DNA of 43,573 nucleotides. Origin: Catajapyx aquilonaris (taxonomy: Eukaryota). The number at the start of each line of letters is the position of its first letter. The first letter of the stretch is position 1. Below the pieces are notes generated by a model, which did not search any database, was not told where the DNA came from, and saw only the letters and a list, made by a program, of their open reading frames with translations. Positions 1 to 12,117 of the stretch are shown here, in pieces. Location: the NCBI GenBank assembly GCA_000934665.2, contig KZ538222.1, positions 62,001 to 105,573 on the forward strand, read 5' to 3'. The position numbers and the translations under genes were made by a program.

Positions 1-211
1 GGGAACAACTGAATAATTTCACAATAATGGATTGCTGAGGATGCTTCTAAGAGACTGGCATACTGCATGCACTGAAACTAAAGAAAACAGAAAAATGCCA
101 CTGAAACATCACATGTAGGCCTACTAACTGCCAATTTAAGCATTGCATTTGCTAAAACCCAATAAGAAAACTTTGTCATGCAATTTTATAATATGAACTT
201 CTCATTTTTAG

Positions 212-391
212 GGCTTTGCACGTTACTCAACAGATGACCACTGGCATGTACCCCACTTTGAGAAGATGTTGTATGATCAGGGTCAGTTAGCTGTGGCCTA
301 CACAGAAGCCTTCTTAGCAACAAAGGATGAATTGTTTGCCAGTCTTGTTCGAGACATTTTGACCTATGTGTCAAGGGATTTGAGTGATCAG
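212..391 (+). CDS. SPATA20: SPATA20-like protein, internal coding exon (GFARYSTDDHWHVPHFEKMLYDQGQL...RDLSDQ); upstream exons lie outside the window
   Basis: Family hallmark RYSTD..WHVPHFEKMLYDQ; acceptor tttttag at 205-211, donor gttagt at 392; 180 nt, phase 0/0. Confidence 0.95.
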
Positions 392-900
392 GTTAGTGGA
401 ATACCTGATTGTTTATTGTCGGATTTGATCCCTACAAGGGACATTTTTCTGAAATAATCTACTTGAACTAGTGCACCCGTAGCCAAAATTTGGCAAAAAT
501 GCATTCCCCCTGCCGGCCACCTACCCAGCCACCCTTCCCCTCGGCCCGATGATTTGGTGGAGTGACCAGAAGGTGGCAGCACTCACCAAGGCCCCCTACC
601 TCCCTCCGTCCCACCCACCGGGGCATTCCAGACAGAGGGAAGAAAAAAATAAGACGATTATTATAGAGGGAATATGAAAGAGCGATCCTAGAATGTCTTG
701 TGGCCATTATCACTCCTTTATATGGTATAATTGCAACTCAGTGATTTTCTCCACTAATTTGGCATAAACGAGGTGAATTGGTAGAGATCGTAGTGTTAAA
801 AGATGAGATTACAAGTTTTGAGTGGTAAGTAGAAAGAGTTGAAAGAGAGCAATGGAAAGGAGTACAAAGATAGGTGGAGTCCAGCAGAAGTGTTGTAGAC

Positions 901-1330
901 CAGTGGTCCCCAACCTTTTTATCGCCCCGGACCGGTCAACGTTTGATAATTTTACCACGGCCCGCTGAGGGGGGGGGGGGGGGGGTAGATTGTTTTGATT
1001 TAATAATTCTCATTTTATTGTACTTAAACATGGCTTCAAAATAAAATATAGTTACACCAAAAAATGAATATAAAGTGATTGAACATGTCACCTCACTTGA
1101 ACGCAAAATCAATGAGAACCCTGAGCTTGTTTCTTTGCAACGAGACGGTTCCATCTAGGGGTATAGCGTTGGAAATACCCTGCCAAGGCCAGAAATACCG
1201 TACCACGGCCCCAGATGAGACGATATATCAATAAATGTAGAAAAAAATGAAATGGGAATAATTGGGCGGCCCGGTACCATTTGATCCACGGACCGGTACC
1301 GGTCCGCGGCCCGGGGGTTGGGGACCACTG
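901..1330. mobile_element. hAT-type MITE
   Basis: TIR cagtggtccccaacc / ggttggggaccactg; perfect 8-bp TSD ttgtagac (893-900, 1331-1338). Confidence 0.92.
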
Positions 1331-1647
1331 TTGTAGACCATCTGCTGCATGCATATCCTGAAATTCCTGTCCAGTATTATAGCAAGTTATTTTATATGAC
1401 AAGAACAATTGGTAACAAGTAATTTTGACAAGAATGTTGTTGCATGGCTGGCTGCCTGGCACACACAGCCACCATAACTTGAGAGACTCATGTCATAGCG
1501 CAAAACATTTGCATATTTGCTGCAATTGTTGACATACGACATCATTAATGAGTACATTGATATGCACGAGTTCATTATTGCACCCATATCAGCAAGAAGT
1601 ACGTGTATAACAAGTGCCTTGGGAATAAGGCCAAAGCATAAGCACTA

Positions 1648-1829
1648 GGGGCCGTACACATATTACGTCATCGTCGAAGGGGGGGAGGGGGTTTGCTACC
1701 TGATGACCAAAGATGACGAGAGAAGGAGGGGGGGTCCAAGTTGGGATGAATAAACCAACCAAACACTNNNNNNNGGGGGGGGGGTTCAAAAATGTCACAA
1801 ATTGGATGGCATAATATGTGTACAGCCCC
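1648..1829. mobile_element. PIF/Harbinger-like MITE
   Basis: About 25-bp imperfect TIR ggggccgtacacatattacgtcatc; 3-bp TSD cta; N-gap at 1768-1774. Confidence 0.75.
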
Positions 1830-1920
1830 CTAGCTTGGAAATATTGCAGCCACACCAGTGCAGTGGTCTTTGATTGTCCTCCTGCTCTACATGCCACTTT
1901 GATTGCTACTCTGCAATATT

Positions 1921-2263
1921 ATAATAATTGGGTAAGTGCACCGCCCATTGATGAGCATCTGGCATGGTACCTTTATTTGCTTTTAGGTGTACAGCTACAT
2001 TTTTGGTCCTTTTCCGTAACGCCCGGGTACCGCGAGCAATAGGGGATGACAGGAGGGGATGTGCAAGTGCAGTGCAATGCTGTATGAGGTCATTTTGTGA
2101 ACTCCCCCGGGTGGATTTGTCTGTAGAATATTTCACCCAGAAATGAAGCCAGAGACGACCCACACTCTGCACGAGATGAAGGGGGTGTCCCCGGGCGGGA
2201 TTTGATCCCGGGACCTTAACATACTTGGGGGCACACGTTACTGCGGCGCCACTCCACCTCCCC
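1921..2263 (-). mobile_element. tRNA-derived SINE family A, copy 1
   Basis: Pol III A/B box-like head; 15-bp TSD ctactctgcaatatt (1906-1920, 2264-2278); homologous to four other copies. Confidence 0.92.
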
Positions 2264-2350
2264 CTACTCTGCAATATTGTCCCACTCAGCAGTTGCCTGC
2301 CAAGAAAAATGGAATTGGTGAATTGCTGCCTTGCACAAGCGGATCCTTAA

Positions 2351-2836
2351 GGGGGGGATAAAGAGAATTTGGGAGTAAAGTTCTCGCTAACTAACAACAG
2401 CAGAACCGATCTTTTTTTTTGTGTAAGTGTAACTGACCTCTCTCTTGCACATGTACACTGTACTTTTCCCATATTCTTAATGTAGTATTATAAAAAGTCA
2501 TTTGCATTCGGGAGTAATTTACGCAGTCGTAAAATTTTAAGTTATGTCGTAACAAGCACCCAAAAATGCGGAAAAATGAGGTGCTCCGGACCTACAAAGC
2601 CGATTTTTATAATTAGCTATAACCTTTCGGCAGATAATAATTTTGTTAAAATTTGACTGATTTGAGAACTACTAGAAGTTGGGGGAACCCTAATTTTCAC
2701 GGTTTTTATTGTGCCTCGAGGGAATGGTCAACCGCAAACGCGTCCTTTCTTTTGTGTAGAGAGGGTGGGATCCACTGTCTCCTCTTTCGGCCATAGTTGG
2801 AACTCGAAGAAGGTCCTGATTTTCTTTATCCCAGCC
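2351..2836. mobile_element. Non-autonomous DNA transposon, Kolobok-like
   Basis: TTAA on both sides; imperfect TIR gggggggataaagagaa / tttctttatcccagcc; purine termini fit Kolobok better than piggyBac. Confidence 0.65.
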
Positions 2837-2954
2837 TTAATTGCCCATATTCAACGCCACTTCCTAATGCCCAGATTTGCGAAATAGTCTTAAGGCTAAT
2901 GATGATGATGATGTTTATGATGATAATGAAAATACAGACAAGCCATGATGTTAT

Positions 2955-3964
2955 TTATTTATTTATTTATTTATTTATTTGTTTATTTATTATGAAACTC
3001 CTTTCGAGGGCTTTACCCTTTTGGGGGGGACATGCTCTGGATACAAGTAAACAGAAGAAAAACAACTGTATAGGTGATAGTCATTCGAGGGACAGGAGTC
3101 TTCCAACCTACTAGTGTTCAATCTGCACACATGTTAATTCTCTTGATGACATTAGCAAAAAATTATACAAATTATATCGCTTCTTGACTCGATCTCTCAT
3201 CTTGACGTGATCTTGATCTTGACTTGATCTCTCATCTTAATTTTTGACAGGTATGATGTGGTGTTGGGTTTATGTGTTCCCGCGGTTGGGGGTGGGCCCC
3301 ACGTTGGGCGCCAGTATTGCAATAAATGCTAACCACAGACACTTCTCTTTTCAACTCACTGTTTTATTGGTCCTTGACACCTTGTCTACAGCCACCAGTA
3401 CACAGTACAAATCAAACCCCACTCGTCTCTTCTGCCTTCACTCTTTTTCCCACTCTCTCTGTAGGGTAGCCACCTCCCTCTCCCTGCACCCCCAAGGGTG
3501 CCCACCCCCAACCGCGGGAACACATGAACCCGGCACCACGTCATATATGCTTCCCCTCTGGGTGTATTGAGAAAAAGCCAATGAACACGATCGAGGGAGG
3601 GGGNGGGGAGAAGAAAGAGGGCATGTTGAACAAAAGATTGTGGCGAGGCATGAAAAAGAAAAAAGAAAGGGCACAAAAACAAAAGATGGTGCAATGTGAA
3701 TGGTTCCGCTCCATTGCACCATGTACAGATTTCATCCGGGGTAAACCACAGCTGCGAACCAGTGAAATTTAATTTCAAGGTTGTGTTCCATAAGTTGGCC
3801 AGGAATCAGATCATTTTAATTGGGATGTTGTATTGCAAGTTGTAGGCCGGCTGGGAAGACACAAGATCCGTATAGTAAGCATAACGGGTCGATTCCGACA
3901 ACGCCTGCAAACTCTGCTGACGGAGATGTTCTACAAATTTTTGTGGCAAGGCCCGCAGTTCCAA
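2955..3964 (-). mobile_element. 5'-truncated non-LTR retrotransposon (decayed ORF2 C-terminus with CCHC finger)
   Basis: CTWCNGAEPFTLHHLLFLCPFF; (TAAA)n tail; 12-bp TSD ccatgatgttat (2943-2954, 3965-3976); homologous to 5882-6409. Confidence 0.85.
3254..3543. mobile_element. MITE nested in the LINE fragment
   Basis: About 45-bp TIR tgatgtggtgttgggtttatgtgttcccgcggttgggggtggg; TG..CA ends flanked by TA. Confidence 0.75.
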
Positions 3965-4572
3965 CCATGATGTTATGAATGAAAGAATAATTATATTATT
4001 CACTGACAAGTGTTAGCCTTACTGCTTATGCAATCTAGAATCAGTGGCAGATTTTTGTACATGAAGGCCCACAAGGCCAGGTCAGTGCCAGAATCAGGGA
4101 GGCAATGGTGCTAAGCCATGATAATGTGCAGTAGGCACAGAATGATGAAGGATGATGTTTATCATGAATGGGCCAGCTATTCATGCTTTCTCACACTCTT
4201 GTAATATTTTTTAACATTGGCAATGAGCATTTGGCACTTTCAGTGGTGCTCTGCAATGCACCTATTTTTTGAGAAATCTTAGGCTGCAGAAGAGAAACCC
4301 TGCAATTGTTGTACAGTCGCTTTAACCTGTTGGGGGGTGACGTGCATCATATGATGATCTACGGATGTTTGAATTTCCTGCACTAAAATGTGCAGAGTGA
4401 ATTCGAACTTTGGTGGTCAAAATGCAGTTCAATATACTCCTGCCATCACTTGGATGGTGACTAAACTACCATGACATCCCCGCAATCCACTGGGCTGGAG
4501 CCAAGCTGAGTCGAACATGCCAAGGTCATGCGGCTGCCTCGTCATCTTTCATGTAAACAAACGCTCTGAGTA

Positions 4573-4738
4573 CAGAGTGTCCCGTAAAGTCTGGACTCTT
4601 GAGAGTTTCTCATAGTACAGTGTTGTGGTAATATTATGCAACCATAATAACAGTGTATAGTGATTATGTAAACTTGTTAGGCCTATCGACGTTCTGAGAG
4701 CCAGACAATTCTTAAAAAATTATTTATGGAACACACTG
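4573..4738. mobile_element. Tc1/mariner-type MITE
   Basis: TA|cagagtgtcccgtaaa ... tttatggaacacactg|TA. Confidence 0.65.
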
Positions 4739-4979
4739 TAGATGAATTTTTTCAGGCATTTTACATTCAAAAGGACCACCACGAATTAAAATGATTAACC
4801 CTGTAGGCCTACTGCACACATTTAGGATTGTGGGAGGAAAAAAATTCTAACATCTTTTTCTCATCATAGGCGACGTCAGGATGGTTTTTATTATGTTTTG
4901 GTCATCTCTAACCCAATGACTTTGAAGTTACATGGGCTGAGTCAAAAGTCATGGGGAATATTTTTAAATTTAAAAACGG

Positions 4980-5150
4980 TAACATCTCCAGACTTTGCTC
5001 AACTGGCCTGATTCCGGCACCAGCTCTGCAGGCATGTATGTGGGTATCCATACTTGTCAGGATACTGATAGACATTGTTGACGTCAACGTCATCTCCAGT
5101 CCTTCGGACCCATGCCATGCATCTCCCATACACATGCCCTACCACCCGCA
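4980..5150. repeat. Diverged fragment of the 17583-18336 / 39626-40439 family
   Basis: Contains the spacer (gggtatccatacttgtcaggat) and arm (cttcggacccatgccatgc...ccctaccacccg) sequences. Confidence 0.7.
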
Positions 5151-5446
5151 TCGTTTTGGCAGATGAACTCATGTACACGCTGTATATCCTGTCCTGTGTA
5201 TCAAAAATGAGCTTACATTGATATTGGTAAAAAAAAACTCACAGCTGCTAATTTCCACTCTTGTTGCCTCTTCTCATTGAGGATGAAGCCCCTTATGGAC
5301 TCCATTAAACACTGACACAAATTACCTGAAAGCTTGCACCTTCCCCTGCACATGAAAAACTATGTAAAGTGGAAAGCCAGAATGAAAATAATTACATAGC
5401 AATTTCTTGATGCTAAAAAATGTCAAACATCATGTTTGTGACTGTA

Positions 5447-5650
5447 GGGTGCGTTTACATGTGAGCGATTTGATGAGCGAAGTCTTCGCTGAGGGATAAT
5501 ATCGCTGAGTAACCAGAGTAACCAATATTGTTAGAGGTGAAAGTAACAAACGATTTTCGCCTCAAAAAATACTGGTTACTCGAGTTACTCAGCGATGTTA
5601 CTGCTCGGCGAAGACCTCACTCGTCAAATCGCTCACATGTAAACGCACCT
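5447..5650. mobile_element. Foldback MITE (Harbinger-like)
   Basis: About 80-bp inverted arms ggtgcgtttacatgtgagcgatttga... / ...tcaaatcgctcacatgtaaacgcacc. Confidence 0.85.
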
Positions 5651-5881
5651 TTAAGTGTGACTAGAATTCGTACATGACAGGCACTAACGATACTTCAACT
5701 CCCTTATGTACTTTCATCGCTCAAAAAGATGGAGACGATCTTGCATGATTCATAATTTATTAGCTTTTTTTGAGAAGTCTGACCTGTAGGGCATTTTGGG
5801 TACCCTAACTGAAAAGCCTAATGTGTGCAATGAATCCCAGCCTTGACATGCTTTTTAGAACTCGTGTGCCCCATGCAAATT

Positions 5882-6409
5882 GATTGATTGATTGATTGAT
5901 TGATTATTACTATCTATTTAACTACCCCGTGATAGGGCAGAGCCCTTTTGGGGGGACATAACACTCTGAGTACATTTAAAAAAATAGATTAGTAAACAAT
6001 TTGTGGGCATAATACGGGAAACATTTAATATCAGCAACAGGGGAAGTAAAAAAAAGTGGTCAGTCACAGAGCTCAATCCTTTTTAGTACGGACTCCAAGA
6101 AATTGTTCAAACTGTAAGTCAATTCCTTAGGCAAGTCGTCAAACAAAAGATGAAAACGGTCCGGAGGGAATCTTGGGAAGTTGAAAAGGAACGAAAGGCG
6201 GGGAGTGCGGAAAAAAGGACAGACAAATAATATATGGTGTGGCGTGAAAGGTTCGTTAACGTTACACCAAGTGCAGTCTAACTCATTATCAAAGTAGATT
6301 CTGCGTCCAAGAAGAGAAACACTGGGTGAATTGTGACGGAGATTAATCAGTAAACGAGTAATTTTAATCGGGGTAAGAAATGCGAAATAATAAGCGGGTG
6401 AGTGGAGGG
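5882..6409 (-). mobile_element. 5'-truncated non-LTR retrotransposon (ORF2 C-terminus, 3' UTR, (CAAT)n tail)
   Basis: Open frame to stop at 6060 with CTWCNVNEPFTPHHILFVCPFF; perfect 16-bp TSD gtgccccatgcaaatt (5866-5881, 6410-6425). Confidence 0.9.
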
Positions 6410-6569
6410 GTGCCCCATGCAAATTTGTGACTCACCACCAAAATCATGGCAGTGTAATGGGTAACAAGAATGCTGTGATGTCTTTTAGAAGCTTACAGCA
6501 ACATTGCTGTACCACTGCTCACTAACTTATTCAGCCTGAAGATGGTGAGTATAGCTCATTGTTGTAATA

Positions 6570-8845
6570 ATTAAGAGGCCCACATATGTGTAAAGTACTG
6601 CACTTCTTTGCACACTTCCGAACATATCTAGACATAGGCCACGATGACTCACCCCGATGGAGGGCACTCTCGAGGTTGCCATATCTAACAGAATGTGCAA
6701 CATGTGTTCATATTGGAATAGGAGGCTTGGATTCGGTGATAAAGACGTGAAACTCGGTATAATTGTTCTTTGAACACTTCCGAACATATCTGGACGTGGG
6801 GCCACAATGACCCATCCCGATGGAGGGCACTATCGCTATGTTGCACTACCTTAGTATGTTGCACATTCTGTTAGATATGGCAACCCTGCGAGAGTGCCCT
6901 CCATCAGGTGAGTCATTGTGGCCCCATGTCCAGATATATTTGGAAATGTTCAAAGAACAATGGTACCGAGTTTCACTCTTTGTCACCAAATGCAAGTTTC
7001 CTATTCAAGCATAAACGCATGTTGTACAGTCTGTTAGATATGGCAACACCATGATAGTGCCCTCCATCGGGGTGGACATCGTGGCCCCTTGTCTAGATAT
7101 GTTACGAAGTGTGCAAAGAACTACATTGTACCGAGTTTCATGTCTTATCACCGAATGCAAGCTCCCTATTCACATAGTTTACATAAAGAGCCCATTAGAT
7201 CTGGCAACCCTGCGAGTGACCCCCAGCGGGGTCATCCATAGTGGCCTCACTTCCAGACATGTTCAGTAGTGTCCAAAGACCAATTGGAGCGAGTTTCATG
7301 TTTTATCAGTGTTTTATCACTGAATGCAAGGCCCTTATTCATGTAAAGGTACGCAGCCCCTGTTCGATTTGGCAACTCCGCGATAGTGACCCCTGGCGGG
7401 ACCACCAGCGTCCACCCACTGTGGCCCCACATCCAGATATGTTGAGATGTGTTCAAAGAACTACCATACCGAGTTTCACGTTTTTATCACCGAATGTGTC
7501 GCTCCCAATTGACATGGTCTATGCAGAGAGGTATGTTGGGTCCATTAGATCTGGAAACCCTGCGAGTGACCCACAGCAGGGCCAGTCATCATGGCCCCAC
7601 ATCCAGACAGGTTCAGAAGTGTTTGTTTGTTTGTTTGCATGCTTTTATTTGGCCGACCAACAATTTTTTGCTAAACCTAGTTACACAACACACACACACA
7701 CACACCCATGTTTGCACGCCATAGGCTGTGGGGACATGGCTAACACAACTTTTGAAACCTAGTTTATCCTAACATGACCTAACCTAACCTAACCTAACCT
7801 AACATACCTAACCTACCCTACCCTAACTAACCTAGGCTGAGATAAATGGTTTTTAAACAGACCCAATTGTGGGGACATGTCCCCACTATGTATGTACCAA
7901 ACCGGTGAACTCAATTGTGGGGACGAGAAATGTCCCCACTATTTGAACATGTCCCCACAGTTACAGTGAAAAGTCCCATTTCCGTCCCCAGAGCTAATTG
8001 AAGACCCGTACACCCATACCCAATCAGGTATCCAATAGGCTGTGGGGGCAAGAAAAACACACATTTTCGAAGCGAGTGTAAGCTGATCTAACCTAACCTA
8101 ACCTACCCTAACCTACCCTAACCTACCCTAACCTACCCTAACCTACCCAAACCTAACCTAACCTACCCTAACCCATCCTACCCTACCCTGCCTATCCTAG
8201 GCTGAGAAAAATGGACTTTAGTAAAACCCTACTTAACGGAATTGTGGGGACATGTCCCCACTGAAGCAGTATCCCACCATGCGTTTTTGCTGTGGGGACG
8301 CGAAATGTCCCCACAATTTGGACCATGTCCCCAGAGCTACAGTCAAAACACCAACCTTGGTCCCCAGACCCTATTCGAGACCTGAACACACACACATAAT
8401 ACACTACTATAATACAATACAACACTACAATAATTCTTTTGCCCCCTCCCTTTGCCTCTTCCACCACACCTCCCCCGTCTTCCCTCTTCCACGTTCTCCT
8501 TTTTCTTCCTCTTCCCTCGTTCCCGCCTACCCAACCCCCTCCCCCATCTTCTCCAAAACCTTGTCCTTTCTCTTATTTACTAGTTTGTGCAAGTATTTAC
8601 ATAAGGTTTAGAAGTGTCCAAAGACCAATTGTGGCGAGTTGCATGTTTTTGTCACCGAATACAAGGTCCTAAAGGATGCTGCATTTGGTAGCTATGGCAA
8701 CCCTGTGAAATGGACCTCCACCGGGGTGGGTCATCGTGGCCCCACATCCAGATATAATCAGAAGTGTCCAAAGAACAAGTGTAGCCTACCGATTTTCATA
8801 CCTTTGTCACAAAATGCAAAGTTCAACCCCTTAGCACCTGGACTA
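6570..8845. repeat. Element built of about 160-180-bp tandem units, head-to-head inversion near 6850, interrupted by a 1-kb insertion
   Basis: Recurring ttagatatggcaaccctgcgag..gtggccccacatccagatatgttc..gaagtgt.caaaga; 6570-6845 is reverse complement of downstream units; end shared with copy at 43193. Confidence 0.85.
7623..8603. mobile_element. Composite insertion with (TTTG)n, (CA)n and interstitial (CCTAA)n/(CCTAC)n tracts in two tandem about 315-bp units
   Basis: 14-bp TSD aggtt(c/t)agaagtgt (7609-7622, 8604-8617); absent from the homologous copy at 43193-43573. Confidence 0.8.
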
Positions 8846-9199
8846 GTGGTAAAATTTAGTGCTTCAAATGGGTGGCTGGAAAGTTTCTGCACAGAATTTC
8901 ATGGAAAACTGCGTGGTGATGCAAGTACATAGTGGCTTATCCTATTGGCCGAACAGGGATAAGGCCAGTTTTGGAGTGATGTAGTCGCGGGATAATGCAA
9001 CTTTTGGAACGTCATGCTACTTTCAAACGCTTGAAAGTATGGATAAGGCAATTTTTGGAGCGCCAATTGACATTACAGTCTATAGCTTGACACATGCCGC
9101 TCCTGGCGGTACCAATATCTCGATTTTGAATTTTTGTGGATAAGGCGACTTTTGGAAAGACTCGCCTTAGTAATGGTATTTATGTTTCTTACTCCACAG

Positions 9200-9409
9200 T
9201 CTGGTGGATTCTATAGTGCAGAAGATGCTGATTCTTATCCAACACATGATGATAAAAAAAAGAGGGAAGGAGCCTTTTGCGTGTGGCAGCATGATGAAGT
9301 CCTCTCTCTACTGGATGAATCAGTTGATGGAGCGCCATCATTTACCCTTGCTGATGTTTTCTGCCATCATTACCAAGTAAAACCAGGGGGAAATGTCAAT
9401 CCATACCAG
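9200..9409 (+). CDS. SPATA20: SPATA20-like exon (SGGFYSAEDADS...EGAFCVW...GNVNPYQ)
   Basis: GGFYSAEDADS and EGAF.VW motifs; acceptor ccacag, donor gtgagg; 210 nt, phase 0/0. Confidence 0.95.
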
Positions 9410-9986
9410 GTGAGGACAGGATAATGAAATGCAGAAGTAGTGGTAAACAATGGATGTGAGTTTTTTATGCCAATCTGGAAAATGAATAAAAATAAATAAA
9501 GCAGAGCTTGGTTTCATACACCAGAGTTGTGTGTGTACTTGAATCTTCTCCCATGTTTCTTCTGCTAGCAGCACATTTTGAATTCTACGGTGCAGTGTTA
9601 GTATATGATTGAGTGCAGTGAGTGTTCTGTAGTCTTTTATTTGCATATTTTATTTTGACACCGTGCAGGAAAAGTTTATGGAATGCTGTTTACATCTGTC
9701 CAAGAGGTTTCTGGTTGATGAAGGGCTTTTGCTTTCAAGTTGTTTCTATTTTGCAACTTGCATGAAATATTGCGGTGGCGTTTTTTTTAACAAAATATGA
9801 GGGCAAGACTCGAAAATGTATACACATGTTCAGTCGAGAAGTGGCCACACATCTCTTTCAGGGATTGGTGAACCATGTGGAACATAGATTTGCCTAGTGA
9901 AAGTTCAAATTTGTTTTTGTACCTCCACTGACATGAACCTTTACCTGTAACAATAACAACAACAACAACAATAATATTTCTTATAG

Positions 9987-10179
9987 GATCCCCATGATGA
10001 GCTGAAAAATCAAAATGTACTCATCGTTAGAAGTACAGAAGAAGCTACTGCTAAAAAATTTGATGTGGATATGGCAGTGATACGCCCTGCTCTTGAGAAG
10101 GGCAGGAAGACTCTTTATGAGGCACGCCAGAAGCGGCCGCGACCACATTTGGATGACAAGATGATTACAGCCTGGAATG
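9987..10179 (+). CDS. SPATA20: SPATA20-like exon (DPHDELKNQNVL...RPRPHLDDKMITAWNG)
   Basis: Hand translation gives RPRPHLDDK..TAWNG (not in the ORF track); acceptor ttatag, donor gtaaga; 193 nt, phase 0/1. Confidence 0.95.
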
Positions 10180-10246
10180 GTAAGACAATATTAGTATAAA
10201 GTAGGTTAATTGACAGGAGTGAAAAGGAAATTTTTTCTTCTGGCAG

Positions 10247-10412
10247 GATTGATGATATCTGGGTTTGCCAGAGCAGGACAAGCTCTGGGTGATGTTGCAT
10301 ATGTGAAACGTGCTGTTCAGGCTGCTGCTTTTGTGAGAAAGTACCTGTTCAATGAGGAAACCCACATGCTCCTACGCAGCTGTTACAAAGGAGAGGATGA
10401 TGTGGCTCAAAT
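10247..10412 (+). CDS. SPATA20: SPATA20-like exon (LMISGFARAGQAL...LLRSCYKGEDDVAQ)
   Basis: Completes WNGLMISGFA; 67-nt intron before it; acceptor tggcag, donor gtacgt; phase 1/2. Confidence 0.93.
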
Positions 10413-10500
10413 GTACGTATTTGCAGTCTTTACATGTACATTTTGAAGGTGATTACATCTTGTCTCGAGAACTAGAGTGTGTTCCTGATACTAATTGCAG

Positions 10501-10709
10501 TCCAAGCCCCATTCCTGGTTTTCTGGATGACTATGCGGATATGATTCGAGCTCTGATGGATCTCTATGAGGCTTGCCATGATCCTCAGTGGATTGAATGG
10601 GCTGCTGTCTTACAGGACAAGCAAAATGAACTCTTCTGGGACCAGCAGTCTGGCGGATACTTCACAAGCATGGAGGGTGATACCGCAATAGTGATGCGCA
10701 TGAAAGAAG
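10501..10709 (+). CDS. SPATA20: SPATA20-like exon (PSPIPGFLDDYADMIRALMDLYEA...LFWDQQSGGYF...RMKE)
   Basis: GFLDDYA and LFWD...GGYF motifs; 88-nt intron before it; acceptor ttgcag, donor gtagga; phase 2/1. Confidence 0.95.
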
Positions 10710-11072
10710 GTAGGAATTTGCATTTTTTTTTTTGCTAACTTGGAAAGGGAATATCTGAGCACAGTAATCATGGATGGAGTTGGATTGTGGAATGTGGCAT
10801 TTCCTTGACACGTCAATTGATTGAGTTCTACTGGGTGATTCAATTACTGCAGATTGATGTTATAGACCACAAACTGGAGGTGTCCCTCATTTTTGCTCTC
10901 TCTCCCTCTTCTTCCTATGCATACCTGATCTTCTCTTTATGGGTAGATAAAGGAATTTGCAGGGCCAGTCCGGCCAGAGATGAAACATAGATTTGCCATG
11001 ATAAATCAAGAAATAATTTTGCGCAAAGGAGTTTAATCCATAACTCCCCCTCCTCTTTGAGTGTGTTTAGAT

Positions 11073-11657
11073 CAGTGCTTCCCAAACTGTGGGTTGCTAC
11101 CCCATGTGGGGTCGCGAACATAATATTTGGGGTCACGAGGGAGGGTAACAAATTATTTTTACAAAATCATTCTACTCATATTTCTCTGGAAAAATATGCC
11201 TATAAACGAGAAGATGTGTTAATAATAATAATAAAAAAACCTGTGACAGAGCTCATGGCTCTCTTAGGGGGGAAGGTGAAAGTTCCCAAGGGAGGGCGCC
11301 GTGCGATAGCCATTTCTGACATTTTTTAAACACCAGGCCTTTTCTCCTGGCCCCGAGCAGAGAAGGGAGTGCAATTCTGCTCTGGCATGTCGGGTGAAAA
11401 GCAGAAAAAGATCCGGCCAAGCAGAGGTGACAGGGACGGGATTTGGACCCCGGCCTCCCACTTGGCCAGCCAGCAGCGTAACCGCTAGACCACTTAATTC
11501 TTCCACATCTTCTAGGGGCGTGCCGCCCCTAGAAGATGTGTTAATTAAGTGAATATTATTATCATTGAGGGAGGGTAGGGTTGAATTGGAAGTGGGGGTC
11601 GCGAATTTTACGAGACGATTTTCTGGGGTTGCCAACGAGAAAGATTGGGAAGCAGTG
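11073..11657. mobile_element. hAT-type MITE with nested SINE
   Basis: TIR cagtgcttcccaa / ttgggaagcagtg; TSD gtttagat/gtttagag; same family as 19124-19379. Confidence 0.88.
11224..11530 (-). mobile_element. tRNA-derived SINE (family E)
   Basis: A box tggtctagcgg, B box-like ggtccaaatcc; (TTA)n tail; 15-bp TSD agaagatgtgttaat (11209-11223, 11531-11545). Confidence 0.82.
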
Positions 11658-12081
11658 GTTTAGAGCATTGTGAATTTTCAGGAGTTAGAGAAAAGTGTAA
11701 CTAATGATTTATGCCCACGATATTGGTAGTTCTTCCATACAGGGGAAAAAATCGCTGCTAATATATTCTGTAATCATTAGTTTTGAAACTTCCACATCCT
11801 TTATGCAGTTCGCAGTTCCCAGGCAGAATAATATTTATATTTCTTACTCAGAATCCCTCCTCATAGGTTACATACGTTATTTCCAATGGACATGGGGCAA
11901 ATCTTATGGGAAAAGTTGTACCGTTGGATTTGGCTGAAACTTGGTCAGTTGATAGACCTCGACCTCAGGATCAATTGTTCTGAAGGCCGAAGAAAATCTA
12001 CCATGGTGTTTGGCTGCTAGAGATGCTCAAAGTTCGATTTTCAAAGTTGTCCTATCTTGATGAATTTAACACATTTTGCAG

Positions 12082-12084
<3 letters not shown>

Positions 12085-12117
<33 letters not shown>

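Noticed and set aside
6527..7762. ORFs up to 173 aa in the tandem-repeat element
   Set aside because: Incidental frames in repeated non-coding units with inconsistent frame between units
7768..8198. True telomere or chromosome fusion site
   Set aside because: Short, degenerate, single-orientation tracts inside a TSD-bounded insertion in an intron
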